Position numbers and translations under genes: made by a program | Notes under the pieces: model-generated | Databases searched by the model: none | The model's input: the letters and a program-made list of their open reading frames with translations, nothing else | What the model was told of the DNA's origin: nothing | In this document: in pieces, positions 1 through 27,871 of the stretch | Layout: each line of letters opens with the position of its first letter | Numbering within the stretch: position 1 is the first letter of the stretch | DNA from: Tubiluchus corallicola | Taxonomy: Eukaryota; Animalia; Priapulida | Length of the DNA stretch: 64,000 nt | Direction of reading: 5' to 3' | Assembly (NCBI GenBank): GCA_030141605.1 | Contig: JAQGDQ010000205.1 | Span: 1-64,000, forward strand

Positions 1-11
1 TGGATTTTTAG

Positions 12-915
12 AATATTTGTTGTATTCCTTGCTGCATTTGGTTTTGCTTGGGTCCCTGTAATGCAGAAAACAGCAGGTGGAGAATTAATGGATTACATTT
101 TCTCAGTCACTACTTATCTTTCAACGCCTGTTAGTACTTTGTTTATCACTGCAGTTTTGTGGCCAAGATTAAATGAAAAAGTAAGTTTCATTTTGTAATT
201 GATATTGTTCTGGCTTTACGAATGTTTTTATCAAATATTGTTAGTTTGTACACAATAAATGAAAGGTCATTTTTGCTGTAAAAATGATTTCAGTTTAGCA
301 TGATTTTGCTATAACGTTTTACCTTGTTTCTTATTTCCATTGCAAATTCTAAGTTTACACAGCAGTTAGGTTTATTTTTCCGTTTATTAGAAATTTCCTG
401 ACTCAACACATTGTGTCGATAATTTGGATAAACGTTAAAAGCTAAATACCTCTTAATAAGTCTTGTATTATAACAACGACAGTCATTGGCTCATTGTGTA
501 TTTAAAAAATTGGGTAATGGGTATTTAAAAAATTCTAAAATGCATAAACAAGCTGTAGTGAGAAGCTTTGCACTATAAATAGATAGCAATTGTACTTTCC
601 CAACAAGATACAGCCAAACTGGTTTCTAGCATCTATTGTTTAGATCTTTTAATTTAAATTACACGTTCAGTTGTTAGTTATTTTTGTTTGTAGATAACTC
701 GTACAATGATACTATTTCTGATATAGGCAGCATTTGGAGGATTTGTAGTTGGACTTGTATTTGGTTTTGCTCGAATGCTAATTGACGTGATATTTCCCGC
801 ACCTCACTGTGGAGATGTGGATTTCAGGCCAGTTGGGATAGTGAAATTTTTGTCGGTGTTCCATTTTACTTACTATTCTATGATGCAAGATTCTACAGAT
901 AACGCAGAATTTTGA
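12..915 (+). CDS. SLC5 (SGLT/SMIT-like) sodium:solute symporter, two late exons 12..180 and 727..915; gene starts before the window; apparently truncated
   Basis: Acceptor TTTTTAG ends at 11, donor GTAAGT at 181, acceptor TAG ends at 726. Translation (R)IFVVFLAAFGFAWVPVMQKTAGGELMDYIFSVTTYLSTPVSTLFITAVLWPRLNEK|AAFGGFVVGLVFGFARMLIDVIFPAPHCGDVDFRP...VFHFTYYSMMQ matches the SGLT pattern (WVP..Q...GQLFDYIQ..TSYL.PP....W.R.NE.GAF). In-frame TGA at 913-915. Confidence 0.85.
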
Positions 916-1206
916 ATTCTTTGCTATTTACAGTGATAACATGCATGAAATTCAGGTTTCGCAAGATGACAGATGACGCCAATCTTATAATTGCAAATGA
1001 TCCGGCGAGGATACATAAATGAGCTCACGGATTATTCTATGATTGCATAAAATCTGCACCATTGTCTCACGCTTTTAGTAATCTTTGGCAATCCATACGC
1101 CTTTGGTAAAGACGTTTGGAACGTCTTTATTTTGGCATTTTGACATTGGTACAACCCCACATTTAATTACATGTTGGATTTAAAAAGCTTGAAAAAGAGA
1201 AAACCT

Positions 1207-1284
1207 AAAAAAAATTATACGGCATAGATTTGAACCAGGAACCTTCTGCGTCAGTTGCCATAGACCACTAGGCCACTGTATTCC
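1207..1284 (-). pseudogene. Degenerate tRNA-like sequence (pseudo-tRNA or SINE head)
   Basis: Minus strand reads GGAATACAGTGGCCTAGTGGTCTATGGC...GGTTCAAATC...TTTTTTTT: A-box/D-arm, B-box and oligo-T terminator, but no intact anticodon or acceptor stem. Confidence 0.55.
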
Positions 1285-3187
1285 TAGCGAATAATTAATA
1301 CGCGTAAGAATGTCGACTGTAACTTGTGTTGTTTTATTATAGCTGACATTGTTACCTCTAAAAATAATATATCCAAAGTAAATGTTAACAAATGACACAA
1401 GACTATCAACCAATGCACTGGTTTACCCACATTTATAGCAAAAATGCGTGTATTCCTGCCATAACATGACCATCGGTCCATCCATCGTATACATTAATCG
1501 ATCAGCTAATGTATCAACCAATTAAAGGAGGACAGATTTAGTTGAAGATTATGCTTCTAATGGTGTCGTACTAAAATTTTCTCTTAGTAATAGCTTTGGT
1601 TACCAAAATTAAACCAGCATTTTAAACCAGGACGTATCATGAATAGCTTCCTGCAGTTATTAGACTTCAGTTAATTTAGTGCCAAATAAAAGAATCTTTT
1701 GGTGTAGCTTTTTCGGAGAATCTGCATTTCTTGGAGTTAGAAAAGTGCTCCAATCAAGTGGCCATACAGTACAAATTTTTGTTGATGTTTTGCTCTGACG
1801 GCAGTGGGCAGTTTGAACACATTCTGGGCCGCCAAGAATCCAACGCTGTGTCATTTTTCACAAACATCAACAAGACAAGCCAAAACTGCTGCTAGAAATG
1901 CCTCGGATGTATTCCGACGGTAACAACCCGGCAAATCGTTTCGAATTCAAAAAAGCGGCTTCAGACTTCCACTTAAACCAGCTATGCAAGGCGTATGTTT
2001 GTGCTCAGCTGGTGAAGGTATACAAGGCACTTCATTTACCGAGGCTAATCTCTCCGTTCGTGGCAGGAGGCTTAACTAGATCGGGATTTTTTTACAAACA
2101 AATCACGCAGCTGTTTCCGTGACATCGGAGAAGAGAAACAATGTTGTGAAGAGGATGAGAGTTTACACTTCGGTTTGATATTCATACGTCTCGTGCTGGC
2201 TTGTTTATCTAAACTGCTTCACACAAGCAGAGCAGACAGGTCTACTGGTAAACACGAAAAAGCAGAACAAAGTGAAAAAACAACGAACGACAAACTGGTC
2301 CCAAGAACAACTTTGCACAAGTTGATTATTTACCTGTCTTAGAAATAACAAAATTGGCTTCATAATGCTCTGTGCCAATTAGTGCAGAACAAACAATTAT
2401 ACAGAACTGCAAAGCAAAATACTATACATCTAAAAATACTTATAGACACCACAGCCAGTATACAAAAGCAAAGCTTCCATGAACATCTTTTCCTCATTCT
2501 TCCTCTAGCTGAACCAATTTATCACCTTAACTGGACGGGCACTCGCTGAACCCAGTCTTAACTGAAACCAGACGCTCATGTTATGATATGGACATCGGTT
2601 GATAACTCCTGCAAAAACCTCGCATAGTTTTCTTGTTCTTATCGTTCAATTTCAGAGGCGTGCCTCTTTTACAGCTTAGTCTTATGATACGTAGAGGAGT
2701 CTAACATTCGCAAGGGCGCATATAAAAAAATAAACATTTTTATTTACATCTTGATTTACGCAGCGTGCGACATAAATAAGTTACATTATCTTTATAGAAT
2801 CGTTAAAAACGTTTAATGGCAACTCCGTGTGCGTTTTACTGGCAGAGGTGAAAATCAGCTAACATATGCTGAACATATGACAAAGTAAATACACGATAAA
2901 AGAAGTTACGTATCATTACTTTTAACAAAGTTTTAATTCGTTTACTTCATAGTATTAAAATATTTTGTCACGCTGTTCCTCTAAGTATTTTTGTTGTGCA
3001 TTAAAAGCACCGTACAGAATAAAACCGCAAAATAAGCTTTACTGGATAATGTCGTGCAACCTCTAGTTTCGTGCAACGTTACTAGAAAGTTCTTGTATTT
3101 TTCTCTGTTAATGAAAGAGAATAAAAAAGAAGAATATAGAAAGTGTTTATACTATTTTGTTAAAGTATGAAGTTTATTATGAAGTGG

Positions 3188-3870
3188 TTTCAACAATTCA
3201 ATTCCAACATATTCGCAATGTGAATGAAAAAATATTTTCCCCGAAAATATTGTCCGATATCAACAAGTGTACGACAAAAGCCCATTTTACCATACACGTA
3301 CGTGCTTTATGCAATGCTTATGCTGAAAAGTTGTTTTAAGTCGCCACCAGAAAGCTCTAAAACGCCAAAATAAAGAAAATCAGTAGCTTAGTAACGATCG
3401 AAGTCCCTTATCGAAAACGTACATGGTTTCCAATAATTGGCAACTTAGTTTTTTTATAAAAAATAAATTATTGGCGTCAAGCTCCCAAGTTTCTTGCACG
3501 GAAACAAAAACTCGGCATTTGAATTTCGTATTAGCACAACATAAATTATTGGTAATCAGTAATCATCAATAAATAATCAACAAAGACTCAAGAATAAATA
3601 AATCACACAAACTAACATTTCTATACAGGCTTGTCTACATTTAGAGGAATAAACTGGTCAAACGAAACGCACAAACGTATTTATTTTTAACGGAAATAGG
3701 TTGCAATTCAACTTAAATTAATTCAGGCTTGTAATTTTATACAATACAAAATTTTTGTGAACTATGTTACTTTAACTGCACAAATAAATAACTTAGTATC
3801 TTCGTATTACTTTCAACAATTTAATTCCACCATATTCACAATGTGAATGAAAAAATATTTTCTCCGAATA
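3188..3870 (+). repeat. ~60-bp direct repeat pair (3188-3250 and 3811-3870)
   Basis: TTTCAACAATTCAATTCCAACATATTCGCAATGTGAATGAAAAAATATTTTCCCCGAA vs TTTCAACAATTTAATTCCACCATATTCACAATGTGAATGAAAAAATATTTTCTCCGAA. Confidence 0.75.
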
Positions 3871-5835
3871 TCATTTTACATTAATTAAAATTACGATGCT
3901 TATTCAAGAATAATCGTTGATTCGTGAAGGAATGAAACGTATAGGCCTCTCAATCTGATGTCTTGAGTACAATTTTCACAATGTTCAATCAATTATCAAT
4001 TATCTATTATTATTGAAAAAATAGAGTTGTGCTAAATTATCTACAAACAGGAACTTCACACAATTTCTGACAATTTTTATTATTTTTTTCGAGGAATATA
4101 ATAACTGTGCAAGTAACGTGATTACAAGTATTTGTACAAATAGTTTAAAATAGCAACAACTTTCTTAAACATCGCATATTACATTATTATTGCACTCACC
4201 ATTCGACCTGCAGTGCAGTCAACATTAGTATCTCTCGTCATTCCATTGTCGTTTATTGTCAGCGAATTGTGAAAACTCAATTTTGGCTGCTTTTGAAAGT
4301 GCACAGTGCTACGAAACTCGCAACTGCACTAGTCTTGAAAAGAAATTCTCGACTCATACAAAATTACTCTGTAATCATTAAGATGTTATCGCTGCTCTAC
4401 CACGTCTAGCCCATTGTGCAGAACAATTCATTAAGATGACGCTATAGAACATTTCCAAGTGGTTTCAACAGCTCTTGCCGTTTTAGTCTGCCAGTGCCTG
4501 ATAAGCGGCTTCAGCTCGTGACCACGTGACCTGAAAACTTATTACGATACTGCACGGAATGCAACTGACACATGCCCTGTATGATGTGACAATTAAACTT
4601 CGCTAATTGTAGAGCCTTATCCTAAAGCGAAAATAAGTTGTTAGGCCTAATGGTAACAGTGCTTGTTGCACTTTAATAGAATGCTGAAAATAAACTAATT
4701 ACTTTAGCGTACTTTAAAATGTCTTTGTTGTTTGGTCGAATACTTAATTTTGTTTTATTTTTCTACACTCAGTGTATTTTCAGCTAGTTAATCATAAGAG
4801 AACGGTTTATGAAATAGAACAGCAAACGTTATCGAAGAGATGGTGACCTTGAGAGAATGGGTCAAAGTGAAAGGTTAGAAGGCTTAAATTTTGTCACCAA
4901 GAGTTTGATGCCGATATAACTGTCCAAAGGCCAGTTTCCAGGCAGTCTTTTTCAATGGTTCCACGTTCTTTATGTTTATGTTCTTTATGTTCATTAACTG
5001 GCAAGCTCATTAACGTTCAATGCTCGATTTTAGTAACTTATTTTAATAAAGTATTTTTATGAATTTAGAATGAATATTTGTGTTTTACCGTATAGACATT
5101 TTATTTTTTAAATTTAGAATGGTTCATTGCCAAATGCTGCACTTTATTTCATAAAACATCATCATCTTGCCGCGAACTGTTGCTGCCCCTTGCTGAAGAA
5201 CACAGTTTGTCAGGCCTGTTCAGGTATGTAAAAGTCAGCATGTGACATGACGGTACGTTTAAGCGTGAGTCGAGTGTCACGGGATGCACGGTTTAATTAA
5301 GTAAAAGGCCCCAATAAAGAAGCCATAAGTCAAAACATAGAAGCCACACTGTCGGCGTTTTACATGGAAACTAACAGCGTTTACACGATAAAAGAACTAA
5401 TCGCAACAAAATCGCAAAAACTAAATCAAATTGATGTGAACTCAACTACATACTGTAATTAGCTATTAAAATCCAGAATATAATTTAACAGACAGTAAGC
5501 CAGAAGGAGCAGAGAACGACACTGTCAATCAACATGGGACAACATCGCGACAGAGCAAACTTTCCAGGATAGTGGAGACGTATAAAGGGATATTAATGAA
5601 CAAAACAAAAAAATGCTAAATGGAAGCTAGAAATTCAGGATGGAGGAAGGTGTCTATAGGTTATAATAGAGCATTCGCTGCAATGTTTTACGCATGGTTA
5701 GGAGTGATGCAAATAATAGTGAAAATCTCTCAGCTTCTTCTCCATCTACTCAAAAATAAATTTTGTTTTTTTTTCAAAATAATGCAGAATGTCCTGCGTA
5801 AATCATTACTACACGCGTCTTCGCGGAATGCACGC

Positions 5836-5945
5836 GTCTACAACTATGTGTTGAAACACCGGGCATCGTCAGATCTCTGAAGTTAAGCAACTGACAACAC
5901 GGTTAGCACTTGAAAAGGTGATGCCCAGGAATGCATGAGTCAATG
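5836..5945 (+). pseudogene. Decayed 5S rRNA copy 1
   Basis: GTCTACAACTAT..TTGAAACACCGGGCATCGTCAGATCTCTGAAGTTAAGCAAC..CGGTTAGCACTTGAAAAGGTGATGCCCAGGAAT aligns colinearly by eye to metazoan 5S (box A AGTTAAGC, then GGTTAGTACTTGGATGGG), with many substitutions. Confidence 0.8.
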
Positions 5946-6119
5946 AAAGAGGTGTCTGCACACACTACTTTAGACTTTCCATTTACACGTATTGTCTCAC
6001 TTTTCAATTAAATTTGGCTGCAAAGTAAGGTTTGCTTTTAACCAAAATGCCTGCAATAAATGCAGAATGCCCTTCTTTGTGAAGATCATTTTAACTTTAA
6101 CTTATTTTAACAAACATGA

Positions 6120-6195
6120 TAGAGGATACCAGCTATGATCACACCACTGAAGCTAAGCATCGTCAAGCTTGGTTGGTATCTGATTGGGAAACTTA
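6120..6195 (+). pseudogene. Decayed partial 5S rRNA copy 2
   Basis: CACTGAAGCTAAGCATCGTCAAGCTTGGTTGGTATCTGATTGGGAAAC corresponds to the 5S internal control region (GAAGCTAAGCA...TGGTTAGTACTTGGATGGGAGAC). Confidence 0.7.
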
Positions 6196-6284
6196 ATCGT
6201 CAGGTGTTTCAGTTAATTGTGACGTTTTTAGGAACTAGTTTGTACGCCAGAATATTTTACTTTTATAATACTTTTTAGTGTAAT

Positions 6285-6432
6285 GGCGCGTACAGACGTA
6301 GAAACTTCTCTCGCAACTTATTGGGCAACTTCTCACTGAGAGAAGTTGCCAAGCCATTCATATGTTGCAACTTTACTCTCAACAAGAAGTTGCGCAAGAA
6401 GTTGCGAGAGAAGTCTGTACGTCTGAACGCGA
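6285..6432. mobile_element. Small palindromic MITE, PIF/Harbinger-like
   Basis: ~33-bp inverted termini GCGCGTACAGACGTAGAAACTTCTCTCGCAACT / AGTTGCGAGAGAAGTCTGTACGTCTGAACGCG, with internal GCAACTT/AAGTTGC repeats. Confidence 0.7.
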
Positions 6433-6678
6433 AAGATGAGCGTTGGCTGCACCATACTCAAATTATAACAGGGTTTGCTTTATTTTTTAATTTTTATTTC
6501 AATGTTTAGAATTACTAAATTGTGTTTGTAAACTTCAAAATACTTTGCGGTTTGTTACGAACGATAAAAATAAAAGCTACGATCTTCCCTACTCGTACTC
6601 AAAAATAATTTTGATTTTAACAAAAATGATTAAAAAAGCAGAGCTCATGCTCACATTTATTTTTATCAATTGTATATT

Positions 6679-6798
6679 ACCTACGGCGACGTAACGCATT
6701 GAAAACACCAATTCAACTGATCACTGAAGTCAAGCAAGGTTGAGCCTGGTTGTAGTTAAATTCGTGATGGCAGGAATACCGGGCATTGTAGACTTTTT
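6679..6798 (+). pseudogene. Decayed full-length 5S rRNA copy 3 with Pol III terminator
   Basis: ACCTACGGC...TTGAAAACACC...GATCACTGAAGTCAAGCAAGGTTGAGCCTGGTT...GGAATACCGGGCATTGTAGAC followed by TTTTT. About 115 nt, both 5S ends recognisable, box C degenerate. Confidence 0.8.
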
Positions 6799-7278
6799 AA
6801 CTTGCTTTCACGTTTAAGTAGCCGTTTACAATTATAAAAGTAACATAGCTTTGCAGCTTCACCGGCATTTCATGGTTACATAGAAAAGAAATACTAAATT
6901 TCGACCATTTGGGGCATTGCCAGCTGTCATTACCGGAATGCTGTTATCCTTGTTAATAAACGTTATTGTACAGGCTACTTAGGCTATATTGTAGGTTAGC
7001 TTATTTGTTTTTGCAAGTAACACTATGAGTACATGCATTCATGAACGCAATTTCTATATAGTGCATATACTATGGTGTTTTGATGCTTTAATGCAGCTTA
7101 TGTATCGCACAATATTATCATTGTTATGATATTCCTTAGCAACCAGGAGAATTAATGTAATAAATATAACGTGTCAAGAACTTGATATTTTATATTCACA
7201 ATTGCTATAAGCATCTGGCTGAAGTTTGCAATTCTACATACACAAGAAATTAGTTCATGAAGCGACTTAGGATTATTG

Positions 7279-7365
7279 TTAGGCTTAGAGTTGGGGTAGG
7301 GTTAGGGTTAGGGTTAGGGATAGGATTAGAGCTGGAGTAGGGTTAGGGTTATGGTTGGGTTAGAG
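7279..7365 (+). repeat. Interstitial degenerate (TTAGGG)n tract
   Basis: GTAGGGTTAGGGTTAGGGTTAGGGATAGGATTAGAG...GTAGGGTTAGGGTTATGG. Confidence 0.85.
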
Positions 7366-8121
7366 ATAACTCTTTCCTCAACGTCTTAATTGTTGCATCT
7401 AAATGGTACATAAATGCAATTAAATTGTAAATTGTAGCCAAGTTTGTACTACTTTTAATTACCAATTTCTTCAGTACTGAACGTGTATTATGGTATATGT
7501 TTTTCTTACTTGAGTTGTTTCGCAGATGATGTTTCAACTAAAGCTGTAAACATAAATCAGTAAATTGTTGTTGTGACAAATTGAGTAATAGGTCGTTATT
7601 ATTATGACGTAGTATAATGATAAACCAGTTATGACTGTAAAAAGGGATTGTAAAGCAATAGCTTGTCGCCAAGGCAATTACTCTTCTCATTTTACAGTTA
7701 TTTTAATAACAAAGAAAAACTCCTAATGACAACAAATTGGAACAACGTGAAAATGTCTTATTGTAGGACTTGTATTAATTCTTGTAATAATTCTGTTTCA
7801 TTAATTTTGCTTTAAATTACCATGGTGTCAGGTGTTAGTGGACGTCTGGTCTAGTGCACACCCACACGTTATCATTGTGTAAATACCAACATTTAACCAG
7901 CTAACAAGCATACCAACATGAAAACTTCATGGCCTGTAATCATTGTTTAATTATAAGCTCATAAATGCTTTGAATTCCCGACAAAGCATCCGCGCTACGA
8001 AAAATTATCATTCAGGTTTGAGTTTTCTTCATTTTTCTCTTGATACCGACATCTATTAAAAATATATGATTAGATGGAAAACTGTAAAGGCTCTCTAACC
8101 CTGTACAACACGACAAATTTT

Positions 8122-8135
8122 GTTGCCGTGGTCAC
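8122..8135. promoter_or_regulatory. Candidate RFX X-box upstream of KIFAP3
   Basis: GTTGCCGTGGTCAC (reverse GTGACC-AC-GGCAAC) fits GTNRCC(N0-3)RGYAAC. A near match GTCGCCAAGGCAAT lies at 7665-7678. KIFAP3 is an IFT motor subunit. Confidence 0.4.
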
Positions 8136-8765
8136 TTGCGATATTCGCTTAAACAAAAGGTGAACATTAGACAGGGACATGTTCACAGTAGGCGAGTTTT
8201 GCTAATTGCTGCAACTACAATTTACCTAATATCAACTTACAATGGTGGATTTCACACATAGTATAAACAAGAATTTTATTTTACATTAAAAACCGCAGTA
8301 AACAATGCGCCTGCATGAATGTTCCAAGAGAGGCTGTCATTGCATAGGTGTGCACTGTCGGCACCACGCAGCCTACCAATTTTAATCGTAATTATGCTAA
8401 TAATAAAACAGTCTAATTGTGTCAAACTGTTAATCATTTGAACAAATATTGTTTTCTTCAAAAGTCACCATCTTCGGTATTATTTTCAGTACGTCCAGTT
8501 CCTATGTAAATAATTTTCTTAAATTTTTGTTTTTATAAGCAGTGACCACTAACCACCATTGCAACTGTGTTATGATCCAAGTAAACATTTACAGAAAATC
8601 TAGAACAGAAAAAACGTCTTCCGATGCTAAAAAAGTTTTTTTGGTTGACCCAGTTTAAAAATATTTGACTACGTATATCTACGGGCAACGTACCCGTCGT
8701 AGCAAGTTATATTATCGAAAGGTCTGGCGCGGTGCGTTTCGGTGTTTTAGAATTTTGCATAACCT

Positions 8766-8779
8766 GCGCCATCTAGTGA
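8766..8779 (-). promoter_or_regulatory. CTCF-like motif adjacent to a CCAAT, ~210 bp upstream of the KIFAP3 ATG
   Basis: Reverse strand TCACTAGATGGCGC resembles the CTCF core CCACTAGRTGGCGC; CCAAT follows at 8780-8784. Confidence 0.3.
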
Positions 8780-8987
8780 CCAATGAAATAATCTTGGTTT
8801 TCGTGATTGAGTCATGGTCGAGAAGTTGGTTACTGGAAGTACTGGAAGAAGAAGCCGGAAAAGAAGCCATGATTTCAAAAACTAGGAAAATTGACTATGT
8901 TCATTGCCATTAATGTTACAATTTTCGAATAAATTCTATGGTAATCACTAAGCTCATTAAAGCCGTTTGCACTCATAAAAGATGAAC

Positions 8988-26652
<17,665 letters not shown>

Positions 26653-26749
26653 TGAGCATTACCACTCCTCCTTTAGTTTCACTCTTGATAACCTGTTTTG
26701 ACTTGAAGCTAAGAATCTCTTAGAAATGTGCAATATTATCTGATCATCT

Positions 26750-27095
26750 CAGGGTTGCCATTTATGCGATAATTATCGGAATAATTTCAGGCTTCGTACT
26801 GACCCAAAAAAGAGACTATTCGATAATCGTACAATAATTTAGATACGAAACAAAAAGTTTGAAAAATTGTGCACTGAAATAATGCTAACCACTATGCATA
26901 AACTAACTTTGCCATTGTTAGTGCTATTTTTAGGCACTATAGTTACTTATTAAGTGCATAATTATACAACAATAATTTGCTGCAAATAGTCAGTCGTTTT
27001 GGATTTTGGGCAAAAATTCGATAACTTGGTGAAAAATATGATAATTTTTAGCCTCCAGTACAATAATCAGTACATCATACAAAATGGCAACCCTG
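26750..27095. mobile_element. hAT-like MITE inside the predicted KIFAP3 3'UTR
   Basis: TIRs CAGGGTTGCCATTT / AAATGGCAACCCTG, internal CGATAAT/CAATAAT repeats, eroded 8-bp flanks (GATCATCT / GATAAACC). Confidence 0.75.
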
Positions 27096-27293
27096 GATAA
27101 ACCAGAGAAATGAGGGTATATAATTTTATTTGAAAAGTGCCGTGTTACTAATATGAATCTGTACTGTATGTTGAGCTATTAGGTTTATTTAGTGTCAATA
27201 TTGTTGCTTTATTTTTTTTTAAGTTAAAGAGCACTACAGCCACGTGTTTTGCAACAACTAGGTTGTGACAGAATGCATTTTGTACAAGTGTAC

Positions 27294-27299
27294 AATAAA
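27294..27299 (+). terminator. Probable KIFAP3 polyadenylation signal
   Basis: AATAAA followed by a T/GT-rich downstream tract (TAGTTTTACGTTTTTAC). Confidence 0.5.
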
Positions 27300-27398
27300 G
27301 TACACATGAAACTGTGATAGTTTTACGTTTTTACTTGCAAGGTGACACATATCAGCAGTCAAAACAAAATACTGGGCATAAGAGTTCAATTGTTAGTA

Positions 27399-27871
27399 CA
27401 GTGGCCGCCGCTTATTATGGACACGGTTATTGTGGACAACTCGCAAGGGACGGAATTTTCCCCTAATAAAATCCGCCGGTTAATATGGACAACCGCCGCT
27501 TAATATGGACAGCGAACCTATAACGTAAGGTCATATAACGTGAACCAGCCGTGCCAACCACGGCCTGCGCGCGTGATTGAAAAGAGCTTCCCGCTCTGCT
27601 GCCTGTGTGAGTCATTGCATCAGTCAGTTCGCCGTTTGCCGTGGCCTTGAGAGCTTCGAAACTGTGATAACTTCCTTCCGTTCAAGGTTGAGAGAAAAGT
27701 TTCCTGCCAAACAAACTCATCTGACTTCTTTTTTTCAATAAAACAGGAGACGAGTTGATACAGACAGTTTTTTGCCTTTTTTAATGAAGGGGAAGGGTCT
27801 TCATGGGTCACTTCGCTTAATATGGACATACACTGCTGGCCCGAGGTGTCCACAATAAGCGGCGGCCACTG
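27399..27871. mobile_element. Young pogo/Tigger-like MITE
   Basis: TA|CAGTGGCCGCCGCTTATTATGGACAC ... GTGTCCACAATAAGCGGCGGCCACTG|TA: 26-bp TIRs with one mismatch and internal TAATATGGACA repeats. Confidence 0.92.

Noticed and set aside
5836-6798. Functional 5S rRNA genes
   Set aside because: Many substitutions and indels in helices and box C, and the copies differ strongly from each other, unlike a homogenised array.
8665-8913. 82-aa ORF upstream of KIFAP3
   Set aside because: TTG start, no family resemblance, lies in the promoter/5'UTR region.
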